A DNA stretch of 58,796 bases from a virus (lineage: Duplodnaviria > Caudoviricetes): positions 1 through 58,796 of the IMG/VR virus record IMGVR_UViG_3300042890_001480; one strand, given 5' to 3'. Positions 48,301 to 56,661 of this stretch are shown here, one piece after another (the stretch's first letter is position 1; every line of letters starts with the position of its first letter). Below the pieces are notes generated by a model. It did no database searches and was not told the origin of the DNA. It saw only the letters and a list, made by a program, of their open reading frames with translations. The translations under genes were made by a program, and so were the position numbers.

Positions 48301-49508
48301 CTGCTGCCGCACAAGCACAATTAAGTTTACAACAATTAGTTAAAGAACAGCAATTAAAAAATGCAATATCTGCTATTGATAAAAAAGAAGAAAAAGATTT
48401 AGAGACACAAGAAAATAAAATAGAAAAAATAAGAAAACAAGAAGAGGCATTTAAAAAAGGAATACAGTCTGCTACTACAAAATCTGCTGAATCTGCCACA
48501 AATGTTGCTAATTTAGAAAAGAATTTAGATAGACTTGAAAGGCTATCAGTATTGTATGCTGCATCTACAAGTTCTAAAGCAAGACAAGATTTTGCTAAAG
48601 AAGCACAATCTATTATATTTGCTATGAAATCTGGGACAAGCGAAGAAAAACAAGCAGCATCCGATCTTGAAAAACAATATAATATTCCTGTATCAAAACC
48701 TCAAAGCCTTAATTTATATGGTGCCCCTACGGCAGCACAAGAAACTCTCAATCTGTATGGCGCTGCACAGGAAAGTACTGGACAAAAAGTTTTAGGAGCA
48801 ATGCAAAAAGAAATGGAAAGAAGGGGAATTTCAGACCAGGTATTTGGAAAAGCAGTGGCAAATTTTAAAGCAGCAGTAGAAGAATTTAAAGGGTCTACTG
48901 GCACAAAAAATGTTACAAAAAATTATAATCCAGGAAGAAGAGAAGGAGTTGATCCAAGTAACAAAGAGCTTGCAGATGTTATTTCAGGAGAAGGTTTAAA
49001 AGAAAAAGATATATTTACCTATCAGGGTAAAACTTATGAAGTTAAAAAAGATCTTCTTAGAAGGCTTTATGGCGCTCAAAAGAAAGCTATGGGCGGCCAA
49101 GTTAGAAATTATGAAATGGGATCATTTGGAGGGGTTAGAGGACCAGGAACTGCTACATCTGATTCAATTCCAGCTATGCTTTCAAACGGAGAATATGTAT
49201 TAAGAGCGTCTGCAGTAGATGCAATTGGCGTACCGATGCTTGATCAAATAAATAAAATGGCCATGGGTGGGTTGGCCACAAGGTATAATGTTTCAAAACA
49301 AATGTCTATGCCTTCAAATACAATGGGATATAATAAGGGTGGACCAATTCATTATTACAACGTGGGAGGACTTGCAGTAAATGCTGCAGATGGACAAAGT
49401 CCTATAGAAATTGCTAGAATGACTATGGCAATGATGAATTCTGTAAGTACAAATCAGGCTAAGGCAGTGGGGCCTTCTAAATTAGTTGGAAGAGGTTATT
49501 TAGCATAA
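42345..49508 (+). CDS. tape measure protein
   Basis: 2387 aa after chaperones; LTVGLTVPLAAFG, EQLFG, GPGTATSDSIPAMLSNGEYV motifs. Confidence 0.93.
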   Translation: MADENIVTNIVAKADFSNLIADLNKVSFSLSKLQDQLVASNKMLAAQVGVMNRSFADTLRSTGQFSTHFVSLSSDVEKFGSQLDRGQMRLGKFFQVYRQHATSTGGLVRDLAKQQVQLQNAIMQPLGKNAQGLMQYNVHIPRGLDLIKNKSLIARQELQIMNKVVQEGANSLINWGKNTQWAGRQLTVGLTVPLAAFGKASADAFKQADEQLVRLTKVYGGVAAVSAQELGKVRADVSKTAEDLAKSYGSSFKDTIALAADIAATGKQGNDLLGSIRETTRLAVLGEVDRQDAMKATLAIQTAFKQNTEELAESINFLNAVENQTSTTLNDLVEAIPKAGPIIKGLGGSIQDLALYLTAMREGGINASEGANALKSGLASLINPTKVAKDLFNGFGISLTDIVQKNAGNTTATILELQAALETLNPLQKQQALEQLFGKFQFARMNALFENLGKQGSQTLQVLDLMKASSQELGALATRELGQVTESASGKYRRAVEGLKADLAGIGEQFLKINTSLINFVDGIIKFVQKLPDPIKQALGFMGMLTAAAGPLIMLTGVLGNFFGYIIKGAYHFKSLFKGGEGWRLLTPEILAAQKAGNLVEQTFYSDAKAAAVLKQAIAGLTAEFTILQQKASSAAMSVNPAISTTAGNVIVAGPRVVNPNHPLVGKIDTRAATHHNPRGLMNQAQRDAQTIHSVTPGSIDVNQKIGTVPQIFMAGDMPKIEGLTSSRGASTGIVAGEAAKWHALMGSLSMLSKREVATLKKEIARTGTFSEDISNTFSQLLVPMTDITTNAANRSAQIVAQLQSGKITMEAARAKIIALNTEIEAMMAAATTQVATSLGRTASLTQVPLTSQAIVSNTGKANLKEIFRPGRKGKTIVDTIARALGVRTYGAGYSTETTMPKKLATGGMVVPGPRSDTTDTQFMNLIEGDVVLNRKASDALMGYNKGGRVVPAMVTPGEIIVNNPTPEEAEMLLAYNNQFAVGGRVMASKNNYGNPPIGLVLKQLMTRRNAGTRARAETRMGEYRGHSWLAQGNATKTAIDNYLSGIPKNKRLEAARAIESFGFKLKSTGGRNKDITASTHSRSAKTLETKHLIDGDLSKDLTKITGVSPSDALGAMTHATHLTKAKIINGKRMVSRYTVDYDASSNLQANTGSLKVGDFISRNLERLDKYNVQMNAAGVPLDKNIRKKIEKNIDKNIKSYLLAKSGGNKDMLMSDNKPGTINLEELIPFIDNEIISNGGNAVNLNKLKNLTQVRKQYNLGGMVGKALAPKFKSQLNKKLGITWGQGLAGDGLTNNPPTSGYGNLALQIGMGKKLFGGSGLTPRAQNLMYDALAKELEQTTPDTYLKVQGVRGPKLARAMDPSQTNGMLFGAASTVAGHRGISKKDREILALWSSDPFKNNYPKGLLSKITGKMFGYNRGGMVSMPPQIPIPAQDGKYNMGGVVGGRVRSGKHNYGIPGLDISGLNQPALIEQMGLQSAERQGPLSAFTSGLRNPYGKSAFINRQMPKMGMGASMGIGMGGMMAGSIIGGGAGQAVMLASSIASMLPYFGGLSKGIGIVTKLASVLGKLTIPGALIGSLAFVGKLILDAKNNAEDLGKANRLAFGGTQESFASVGITKFKTLSDRMKEVNEQIDLNKAKAQSAYEQYTKGGPTGITLSIAELNEAIENAKKNQTEYINAFNNIDSGGVNKYAADLKAQFVAMGLSASEASNQIYAMVKASEKAGQALSAVTTSDFRNIIDQTTALTRLFDNLGKASTVNNFNVEEFATGLDTLTSSVIAYQEGLIKIDKIDPSKSVDSAKSLQMTMEKIVKIDGSRSTLGIKQVESLKQQNVIYASILKDTESLASITAKILLYHNELGRIVDLSAISGPAAIIMAQNYADVLNGINKITEDSSDNNPLKALIDPINKAKKTSADYAKVINSAQKQDESYYSKKIKAIDLEIKKIKDAANERRKALQEQQSMESTELEIKKKQIEYQDAVASGNMSAAAQAQLSLQQLVKEQQLKNAISAIDKKEEKDLETQENKIEKIRKQEEAFKKGIQSATTKSAESATNVANLEKNLDRLERLSVLYAASTSSKARQDFAKEAQSIIFAMKSGTSEEKQAASDLEKQYNIPVSKPQSLNLYGAPTAAQETLNLYGAAQESTGQKVLGAMQKEMERRGISDQVFGKAVANFKAAVEEFKGSTGTKNVTKNYNPGRREGVDPSNKELADVISGEGLKEKDIFTYQGKTYEVKKDLLRRLYGAQKKAMGGQVRNYEMGSFGGVRGPGTATSDSIPAMLSNGEYVLRASAVDAIGVPMLDQINKMAMGGLATRYNVSKQMSMPSNTMGYNKGGPIHYYNVGGLAVNAADGQSPIEIARMTMAMMNSVSTNQAKAVGPSKLVGRGYLA

Positions 49509-50176
49509 TGACAACAACATATTTACCAGTAGGATCATTAATATATTTAAATAATACATTAAAACTATCTGAGCATAATAGACAGCCTATATCAATTGAA
49601 ACTAATAGAATTGAAAAAACACAAAGAATGTCCAACGGCACACTGCGTAAATTTTTTATAGTAGATAAAAAATCGATAAATATTTCCTGGAACATGCTGC
49701 CATCATTTTCTACATTTACATTAGATGGCGGATATGGCGCATTAGATGTTAGATCTTTTTACGAAGGAACTGCCTCTAAGGCATCTGGAGCATTATCTGG
49801 AAATAGCACATTTGATGTTACACTAAGATATGGTGGCCCATCGACCATAACAAATGTTTCAGGTAACGGTACAACAATAACTTATACAGCTTCAAACAAT
49901 TTTTCTACAGGAGATAAAGTTACTGTTTATGGAGTAAATCCCTCTGGATATAATTTATCAAATGCTACTATAGCATCTGCATCTTCAAGCCAGTTTACAA
50001 TTACAAATGCTGCAACAGGCTCATTTGTTTCTGGCGGTCAAGCTTTTAAAACACAAACATTAAATATGATATTCACATCCTGTTCATTTGAATTAGTAAA
50101 GAGAAATGTTAAACAGGTCTCAGGTGATTCAGCACAGGAGTTTTGGAACGTATCTCTTTCTATGGAAGAGGTATAA
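49508..50176 (+). CDS. distal tail protein-like with inserted beta module
   Basis: Follows TMP; RMSNGTLR, ends WNVSLSMEEV. Confidence 0.7.
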   Translation: MTTTYLPVGSLIYLNNTLKLSEHNRQPISIETNRIEKTQRMSNGTLRKFFIVDKKSINISWNMLPSFSTFTLDGGYGALDVRSFYEGTASKASGALSGNSTFDVTLRYGGPSTITNVSGNGTTITYTASNNFSTGDKVTVYGVNPSGYNLSNATIASASSSQFTITNAATGSFVSGGQAFKTQTLNMIFTSCSFELVKRNVKQVSGDSAQEFWNVSLSMEEV

Positions 50177-52155
50177 TGCTTCAGTCAACAAATACTAATC
50201 TTCAAAATGTATTAAAGCAAAATTCATCCGTTAGAATAGATTCGGGATGTTATGTAGAATACAATATGAATATGCTTACAAATTTAACTAGCTCTAGCAT
50301 AACTGGTCCAGCATATAAAACATTTGCTAATGGCAGACAACCATTTAAAAAATTATTTCCAATAGAAACAATTATTAAATCTTTTAGGCCAAATGGGGCA
50401 GGAATTAAGTATGCAATTCTGGGCGACATGACATATGGAGAATATAGAGATCCAACCTCAGTTGATTATAATTTAAATTATAGGTTATACTATCCTGGCC
50501 TAGACACATATTATAAATATTGGGTAAGTAATATTGGAGAAGGCGGAACAATTACAATTACATATCCTAAAACTATTATAGCAAATAAAATAGTTTTAAA
50601 ATTTGAAATTTCACATGCGACCCCAGGAACTTGGACAATTTATGGAACACCAGCTGGCGGCAGCGAAGCAACTTTATTATCGGGGACTAATTCAAGCATA
50701 CCAGCATTTGGATCTGGAGTTTATAATGCAGGAGTGCTAACAATATACTATACGGGTTCTACCTGGACAACAGATGCATCATTGCATAATCCAGATACAT
50801 ATGTAAGCCTAACATCAATTAAAGCCACATTTGCTGGTGTATCTGCCAAGTATATTGGAGTTATTGAATTTGCACCAATTTGGGTAAAAGACATATCTTC
50901 AAATGTTGTAGATTTTTCTATTTCAAAAACATCGTCTTCAAATTCAGAAGGTCAACTACCAATAGGAATGGTAACCGCAAACCTTTTGTCTTTAAATATT
51001 AATAGCTACAACTCTTCTTCTATGGATATATTAAATTATGATAGGGCTAATAGTTATGTATTTAACGTAAATAAAATTTACATGTATAAACAAATTCAGT
51101 TAAAGCCATACTTTAAAATATATCATTCTAATGGGGCATACGGATCAGGTTCAGATAAATACGACAGAATAGATCAAGGTATATTTTATGTAGACAGCTG
51201 GGAAACTTCTGAGTTTAATGATGTTTCTATAACATGTTTAGATGCAGCAAAAATATTGCAGGAAACAATTCCACCGACCATACTTTGTGAAAACTATTCT
51301 GCAACAGCAATTTTTAGAAGACTTTTAGATAGCATAGGATTTACAACATATAAATTTAATACAATTACAAACGATCAATCTATAATATCTCCAAATTATT
51401 GGTGGGCAGACGACAATAAAACAGTCTGGCAATGTATTCAGGAGTTATGTACAGATACACAGATGCTGGCAAGCGTAGATGAAAATGGAGTATTACAATT
51501 TTATAGCAGAGACTATTTGTATACAACAAGATCAAGCGTGTGGGATCTTACAAGTGAAACCAGTAGCGGAACATTGCCAAATATAGCATCTTTAAATAAA
51601 AAAGATTTAGCTTCTGCTAATCAAGTTATTGTTAGATGGAGAAGCGCTGTAACATCTAATTATGAACAAAACTCAGATATTATTTGGAAATCAGATCCAA
51701 CATTTTTAGCTGCTGCGGCATTAACTCAAGATTTAAACGCCACAGATGTTTCAACATATGACTCAAATGGCGCAGCTACTTTGTCAAAGTATGTTTACCT
51801 TGAACCCATTACAACCAGTAACTATCAAAATGAGCAGGTGCTGTATTCATTTAGCGGCTACCTTGTAATTGAAGACGAAATAATAGAGTATGATGCTATT
51901 CAATATCAATATGACGCATTAGATAATTCTGGCATTAATTATGTAGATATAAAATCTAGCTCAGATTTATTTAAATATAGAGGACTTGCTAAATTAGGCT
52001 CTCAAAACTTTAAACCCAGTGGTTTATATAGAATAAAATCAAGAGGGGCTTTTGGAACAGGACCCACTTCTGGTAATCCAGGGTATCCTCATAGAGCGGG
52101 AACAGATCAACAACTTAATTCATGGACAATTAAGGAGGTTGTTTTTAAAAACTAA
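50176..52155 (+). CDS. minor tail/hub protein
   Basis: G.FYVDSW, DENGVLQF motifs; start set at the TAATG overlap (50176) rather than 50143. Confidence 0.7.
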   Translation: MLQSTNTNLQNVLKQNSSVRIDSGCYVEYNMNMLTNLTSSSITGPAYKTFANGRQPFKKLFPIETIIKSFRPNGAGIKYAILGDMTYGEYRDPTSVDYNLNYRLYYPGLDTYYKYWVSNIGEGGTITITYPKTIIANKIVLKFEISHATPGTWTIYGTPAGGSEATLLSGTNSSIPAFGSGVYNAGVLTIYYTGSTWTTDASLHNPDTYVSLTSIKATFAGVSAKYIGVIEFAPIWVKDISSNVVDFSISKTSSSNSEGQLPIGMVTANLLSLNINSYNSSSMDILNYDRANSYVFNVNKIYMYKQIQLKPYFKIYHSNGAYGSGSDKYDRIDQGIFYVDSWETSEFNDVSITCLDAAKILQETIPPTILCENYSATAIFRRLLDSIGFTTYKFNTITNDQSIISPNYWWADDNKTVWQCIQELCTDTQMLASVDENGVLQFYSRDYLYTTRSSVWDLTSETSSGTLPNIASLNKKDLASANQVIVRWRSAVTSNYEQNSDIIWKSDPTFLAAAALTQDLNATDVSTYDSNGAATLSKYVYLEPITTSNYQNEQVLYSFSGYLVIEDEIIEYDAIQYQYDALDNSGINYVDIKSSSDLFKYRGLAKLGSQNFKPSGLYRIKSRGAFGTGPTSGNPGYPHRAGTDQQLNSWTIKEVVFKN

Positions 52156-52157
52156 TT

Positions 52158-53990
52158 ATGGCACAAACACTACAAATATTAGAAGTTGGAAACTCTAGCA
52201 CAAATATAAATATTTTTAGCGTGGCTATTTTATTTAGTCAAACGTCCGCACAGATTGTTCTTTCTGCAAATAGCGGAAATCTTATTGGTAGTTATTCCTA
52301 TAAATTAGAAAGATTAACATACGTTGTAACTGGCGGAACAGCATTTAGCGCTTCTACTGTAGTAAACACTTTTTATAAATCAGGACCAGCAGCAATAATT
52401 CCACAAGCAAATCCACAACTTCATACCTTTACCTCATTAGTAAAAGGTGCCCAATATAGAATTACCGCTAGAACTTTTATTCAAGATGGTGGAGCAGGTC
52501 AAACTGGAAATTTAGTTTCTTATGATTTTACAATGGCCAAAGATTCAGCAGCAGCATCAATTATACAAACAGCTACCCCTACAAATCCATTATACGGAAG
52601 CCTAGTAGATATACAATTTGCTAATTCAACTTATGATCCAGTTTTAGGAACATTTGTTCCAGCTACAATAACTTCGGAAACTCCAGTTTTAGATCAGCCA
52701 TATTCTTCGGGAACAAACGTATTAAATAACAAAACATATTTTACACAAACAGGCAGCTATTTAAAAACTACAAAATCATTATTTAAATTATCTCAATCAA
52801 CAACAAATAATTACGCATATACCACTGCATATAAATCTTTTTCACAATTAAACACATCACAGTCCTACTACCTATTTGGAGCAAATCTATTTTTTGACGC
52901 CACGTTAGACAAGCCAAATCAGTCTGGAGGGGTATGTTTTTTTGTCTCTAATGACGGAATGGATGGGTATTATGCGGAATTACAAACTACTGCATCTTCA
53001 GCATCCTTATCTTCAAGCAAACAATTTCAAATTTTTAGAATTAAAAGTGGAGTTAAGTCTGCATTATTAGATACTCAAATTGGAATTACAAAAACTTTAG
53101 CGGGGGTATATGGTGGTCAAACTTATAAAATTGATATAAAGGTTGCTGTTGAAAGTACAAAAAGAACAATAACTGCTTATGTAAATGGATTTAAAATTAC
53201 AGCAGTTGATGATTCCGTAGACAGATTGCCAATAACTGATAAAGTGGCGATGGTATGCAGAATTGGAACAGTTTATTTTGACTACATTTATGGAATGCAT
53301 ATAGGCGTAGATTCTTATAATCAAGATTCTTTAATAAATGTGTATGAAGGAAAATATCCTAAAAATATAATTTCATTTTTATATGGAGAAAGAGTTAACA
53401 TAAATGATCCTGCCATTACCCCAATAAATTCTGGATTCATAGAAGAGTTCGGAGCTGTTGCAAGGGAGCTTAGGGTATTAAAAACTAAATATGAAAGTAG
53501 GCCAGCATTCCCTGTATACGCATCAACAGGAGTAAACTCATTTGCTAAAATTATAGGTCAAAGACTTTCTTCATCGGGAGCAGAGGTATATGTATTAAAT
53601 AATTCTGGAACCTATATTCCTTTAGACGACTCTCAATTTTATTCCTTCTATATTCTTGGAAATTATATTAGCCAGTCTGGAGAAATTGAATATATTGAAA
53701 ATAGCGCTGGAGAATACTCTTCTGCAGAACCAATCACATTTACATCTTCTTGGATACAAAAAAATTCAGACGTGATAGCTTTAGCAAACTGGATTAAAAA
53801 TGTATGGTCTAAAAAACAATCTATATTAGAAATTTCAATATTTGGAAATCCATTATTGACAGTTGGAGATGTCATATCTGTAAATTATCCATACCTAGAA
53901 TTAACTACAGCTCAAAAATTTTTAATAACAGATGTAAATCATTCATATAAGGAAGGACTAGAAACCAGTATAGTTTGTCGGACATTATAG
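52158..53990 (+). CDS. minor tail protein
   Basis: C-terminal GNPLLTVGDVISV hub-type motif. Confidence 0.7.
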   Translation: MAQTLQILEVGNSSTNINIFSVAILFSQTSAQIVLSANSGNLIGSYSYKLERLTYVVTGGTAFSASTVVNTFYKSGPAAIIPQANPQLHTFTSLVKGAQYRITARTFIQDGGAGQTGNLVSYDFTMAKDSAAASIIQTATPTNPLYGSLVDIQFANSTYDPVLGTFVPATITSETPVLDQPYSSGTNVLNNKTYFTQTGSYLKTTKSLFKLSQSTTNNYAYTTAYKSFSQLNTSQSYYLFGANLFFDATLDKPNQSGGVCFFVSNDGMDGYYAELQTTASSASLSSSKQFQIFRIKSGVKSALLDTQIGITKTLAGVYGGQTYKIDIKVAVESTKRTITAYVNGFKITAVDDSVDRLPITDKVAMVCRIGTVYFDYIYGMHIGVDSYNQDSLINVYEGKYPKNIISFLYGERVNINDPAITPINSGFIEEFGAVARELRVLKTKYESRPAFPVYASTGVNSFAKIIGQRLSSSGAEVYVLNNSGTYIPLDDSQFYSFYILGNYISQSGEIEYIENSAGEYSSAEPITFTSSWIQKNSDVIALANWIKNVWSKKQSILEISIFGNPLLTVGDVISVNYPYLELTTAQKFLITDVNHSYKEGLETSIVCRTL

Positions 53991-54015
53991 CCGATGAAAT
54001 GGTATAATAAAAATT

Positions 54016-54405
54016 ATGGTAGCCCCAGAAGATAGAAAATCAACGCACTCGATTACAGGTGTTGCGCCAGCTACGGCATTAAGAACTAGTGCCGATGCTG
54101 GAATTGCAGATCCCTCAAAAATTAGACTATTATCTAACATAACACTTTCTCAATATAATACAGGAAATTTTTTAGACTTTGACCCTACAAATATTACAGG
54201 ATCAGCAACATTTAATTTATTAGATCCATTATTAGTTCCAAGATTAGAAGATGTTTCTATAGATAATATTGCAAGTGGTACCTATCTAGATGCTTCTGGT
54301 AAAACAAGAGCAAGGATTGTATTTAATATAAAAAATCCAGATACAACAAAAATAGTTGATGTAGATATAAGACAATCACTGACATCTACAGAAAGTGGTT
54401 TATGA
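54016..54405 (+). CDS. hypothetical tail-region protein
   Basis: TGGTATAAT 7 nt before ATG; coupled to next gene. Confidence 0.65.
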   Translation: MVAPEDRKSTHSITGVAPATALRTSADAGIADPSKIRLLSNITLSQYNTGNFLDFDPTNITGSATFNLLDPLLVPRLEDVSIDNIASGTYLDASGKTRARIVFNIKNPDTTKIVDVDIRQSLTSTESGL

Positions 54406-55361
54406 TGATAAAAGGTGAATATGTATTTTATGAAAATGGTCAAGAAATTTATAGGCAGCCCAACATAATAACAAATTTTGGTAAAAGATATATGACATCA
54501 TTTTTGGCTGGCACAGTATCTGGAGGAACAAAAGATATATGCTTAGGAATAGCTGATTCTACAGATTATACATTAGAGGCAGCAAATACTAGGCTAGGTT
54601 TTGAATTTTATAAGTTACCCGTTACTCTAGGAAGCATGGATATAAATACATCTACTCCCACATACGATGTTGTTTATAAAACAACAATTCCGCAAGATGT
54701 GGTGGGAGTTATAAAAGAAGTAGGAATTTATCCAGGCACTAGAACCTCAATTAATAACTATGACAGTAAATTTATTTCAGATTTTGAAATAGAAACAGAT
54801 TGGTATACAGCAGACACTAGTCAAAATCCAACATCTTTTACTTCTAGCCCAAGCCCAAGAATAGGTGCTTCTGTATTAGAATTTAAATTTGAAACAGGAG
54901 ACACTTCTAATACTACTAGAGAATATAAGTCTAATGTTGGTCTGCTAGATATTTCTGGATATAGCGCTAACGATAGCCTGACTTTGGCATATAATAGAGC
55001 CCACTCTAATTTAGCTTCTATAAAAATTAAATTTTATACATCATCAGGAAATTATTATTATGGAATTTTTACCCCAACTTCTGGAACTGGAAATAAAATA
55101 ACTTCAATAGATATGTCTGACATATTTACAAATACAGTTGGTACCCCAGATGCCTCATCAATAAGCACAATAGGTTTTGAATTGACAAGAACATCGGCAG
55201 CATCGGCAGCAACAGCCTACATGGAAGGGTTTAGAATAAATGATGAAGACACCTTTGACCCCAATTTTGGATTAATAAGTAGATCGGTTTTAGGCTCTGC
55301 AATAACCAAAACTGCTGGAAGAGCAATAGATATAGAGTATAAACTTAGTTTAGGATTTTAA
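54402..55361 (+). CDS. minor tail/baseplate protein
   Basis: NIITNFG, IKEVGIY, K.....IDIEY motifs. Confidence 0.7.
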   Translation: MMIKGEYVFYENGQEIYRQPNIITNFGKRYMTSFLAGTVSGGTKDICLGIADSTDYTLEAANTRLGFEFYKLPVTLGSMDINTSTPTYDVVYKTTIPQDVVGVIKEVGIYPGTRTSINNYDSKFISDFEIETDWYTADTSQNPTSFTSSPSPRIGASVLEFKFETGDTSNTTREYKSNVGLLDISGYSANDSLTLAYNRAHSNLASIKIKFYTSSGNYYYGIFTPTSGTGNKITSIDMSDIFTNTVGTPDASSISTIGFELTRTSAASAATAYMEGFRINDEDTFDPNFGLISRSVLGSAITKTAGRAIDIEYKLSLGF

Positions 55362-56657
55362 ATGGCAGATACAAATATTTTTAGAAAAACGGTATCAAGT
55401 TTATATCCAGGTAAAACATATTATTTTCAATTTAGATGGAAATACGCAGATGGAACTTATGGAGATTGGTCTGCTACAAAAACCGAAATAGCTGCAGGAA
55501 TTTTACAGGTAGAAGCCCCCACTCTAGCAACTGGACTAACTGCAGCTCCCGCATCTTTTGGGGTTACAGTAGACTGGGATGGCACATATGCATCTTCAAC
55601 ATTTTTAGGATTTAAAGCAATTAATATTTATGCCAGCACATCAAATTTAGGATCCTCTACAACAACAAATTTGACTGCAAATTTAGTTGGAACTATGACG
55701 GTCGACCAAGTTAAAAATAGAATAACAATTGGCTCTACTTTATTAAAAAATGTTTTATCATTAACTTCTAGTAGTGTATATATTACAGATATGTATTTTT
55801 ATTTTATTACAATAAATGAAAATAATGAAGTTTATAAGTCTGGTGGAGTAGCAACATATACAAGAATAAATTCTTCTGCCATAAGACCAGCACAAGCAAA
55901 TAAAATAGATTTAGAAAATGGAACAATATCGATTGAAAATTTAGTGGCAGGAAATGGACAATTTACAGAATATTTAAGAGCTGGAATTAGGGCGGGAGAT
56001 GGAAGTGGTGCTAGAATTGAAATTAGTGGATCTAGCTCTAATATTACATCAACTAATGGCGGAACAATATTACCAGGACTTACAATTTATGATTCTGCTG
56101 GAGGACAATCTTTAAGAGCACCGTTGTCGGGTGGCCTAACAATAACTGGAACAATTACTGGTTCTACAATCACTGGTTCCAGTATTACCTCAACTGGAAT
56201 CGGACAATTTAATGGAACATTAACAATAAATGGCGGGTACATAGCGCATACAACTGGAGTTTGGTTAGATACTCCAGATTTTCAAGTTGGCACATTTTCT
56301 GGAAGTGTTGGATACTTTAGTTTAAGTAGTGCTGGATCTGCTTATTTAGGAAATACAAATGCTTCAAATTTAGCATTTAGAATAAATCAGTCATCTGCTG
56401 GGTTCACTGTATTTAAAGGAATTCAAATTCAATCTTTTGATAATAGCTATTATTCTCAAGCATCTTATAATACTAGATCTGAGGCTAGTGGTGGAATAAA
56501 TTCAAGCATAGCATTTAAAACAGTTGTTGTTGGAGATTACGGACACCTAATGCATGGAAGAGCTTTATATTACGGATCTGCTGGTACATCAGCTGCAATA
56601 GAAAGTGCAACTTCAGCAACATCAACTATAGGCGACATATTTTTTAGTACGAGTTGA
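55362..56657 (+). CDS. minor tail/fibre protein with FN3-like N-terminus
   Basis: LYPGKTYYFQFR...GDWS; ITGTITGSTITG repeats. Confidence 0.7.
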   Translation: MADTNIFRKTVSSLYPGKTYYFQFRWKYADGTYGDWSATKTEIAAGILQVEAPTLATGLTAAPASFGVTVDWDGTYASSTFLGFKAINIYASTSNLGSSTTTNLTANLVGTMTVDQVKNRITIGSTLLKNVLSLTSSSVYITDMYFYFITINENNEVYKSGGVATYTRINSSAIRPAQANKIDLENGTISIENLVAGNGQFTEYLRAGIRAGDGSGARIEISGSSSNITSTNGGTILPGLTIYDSAGGQSLRAPLSGGLTITGTITGSTITGSSITSTGIGQFNGTLTINGGYIAHTTGVWLDTPDFQVGTFSGSVGYFSLSSAGSAYLGNTNASNLAFRINQSSAGFTVFKGIQIQSFDNSYYSQASYNTRSEASGGINSSIAFKTVVVGDYGHLMHGRALYYGSAGTSAAIESATSATSTIGDIFFSTS

Positions 56658-56661
56658 TAAA

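Noticed and set aside
3379-53875. Numerous antisense and off-frame ORFs nested in long genes
   Set aside because: Shadow ORFs expected from codon bias and repeats; no start signals or motifs
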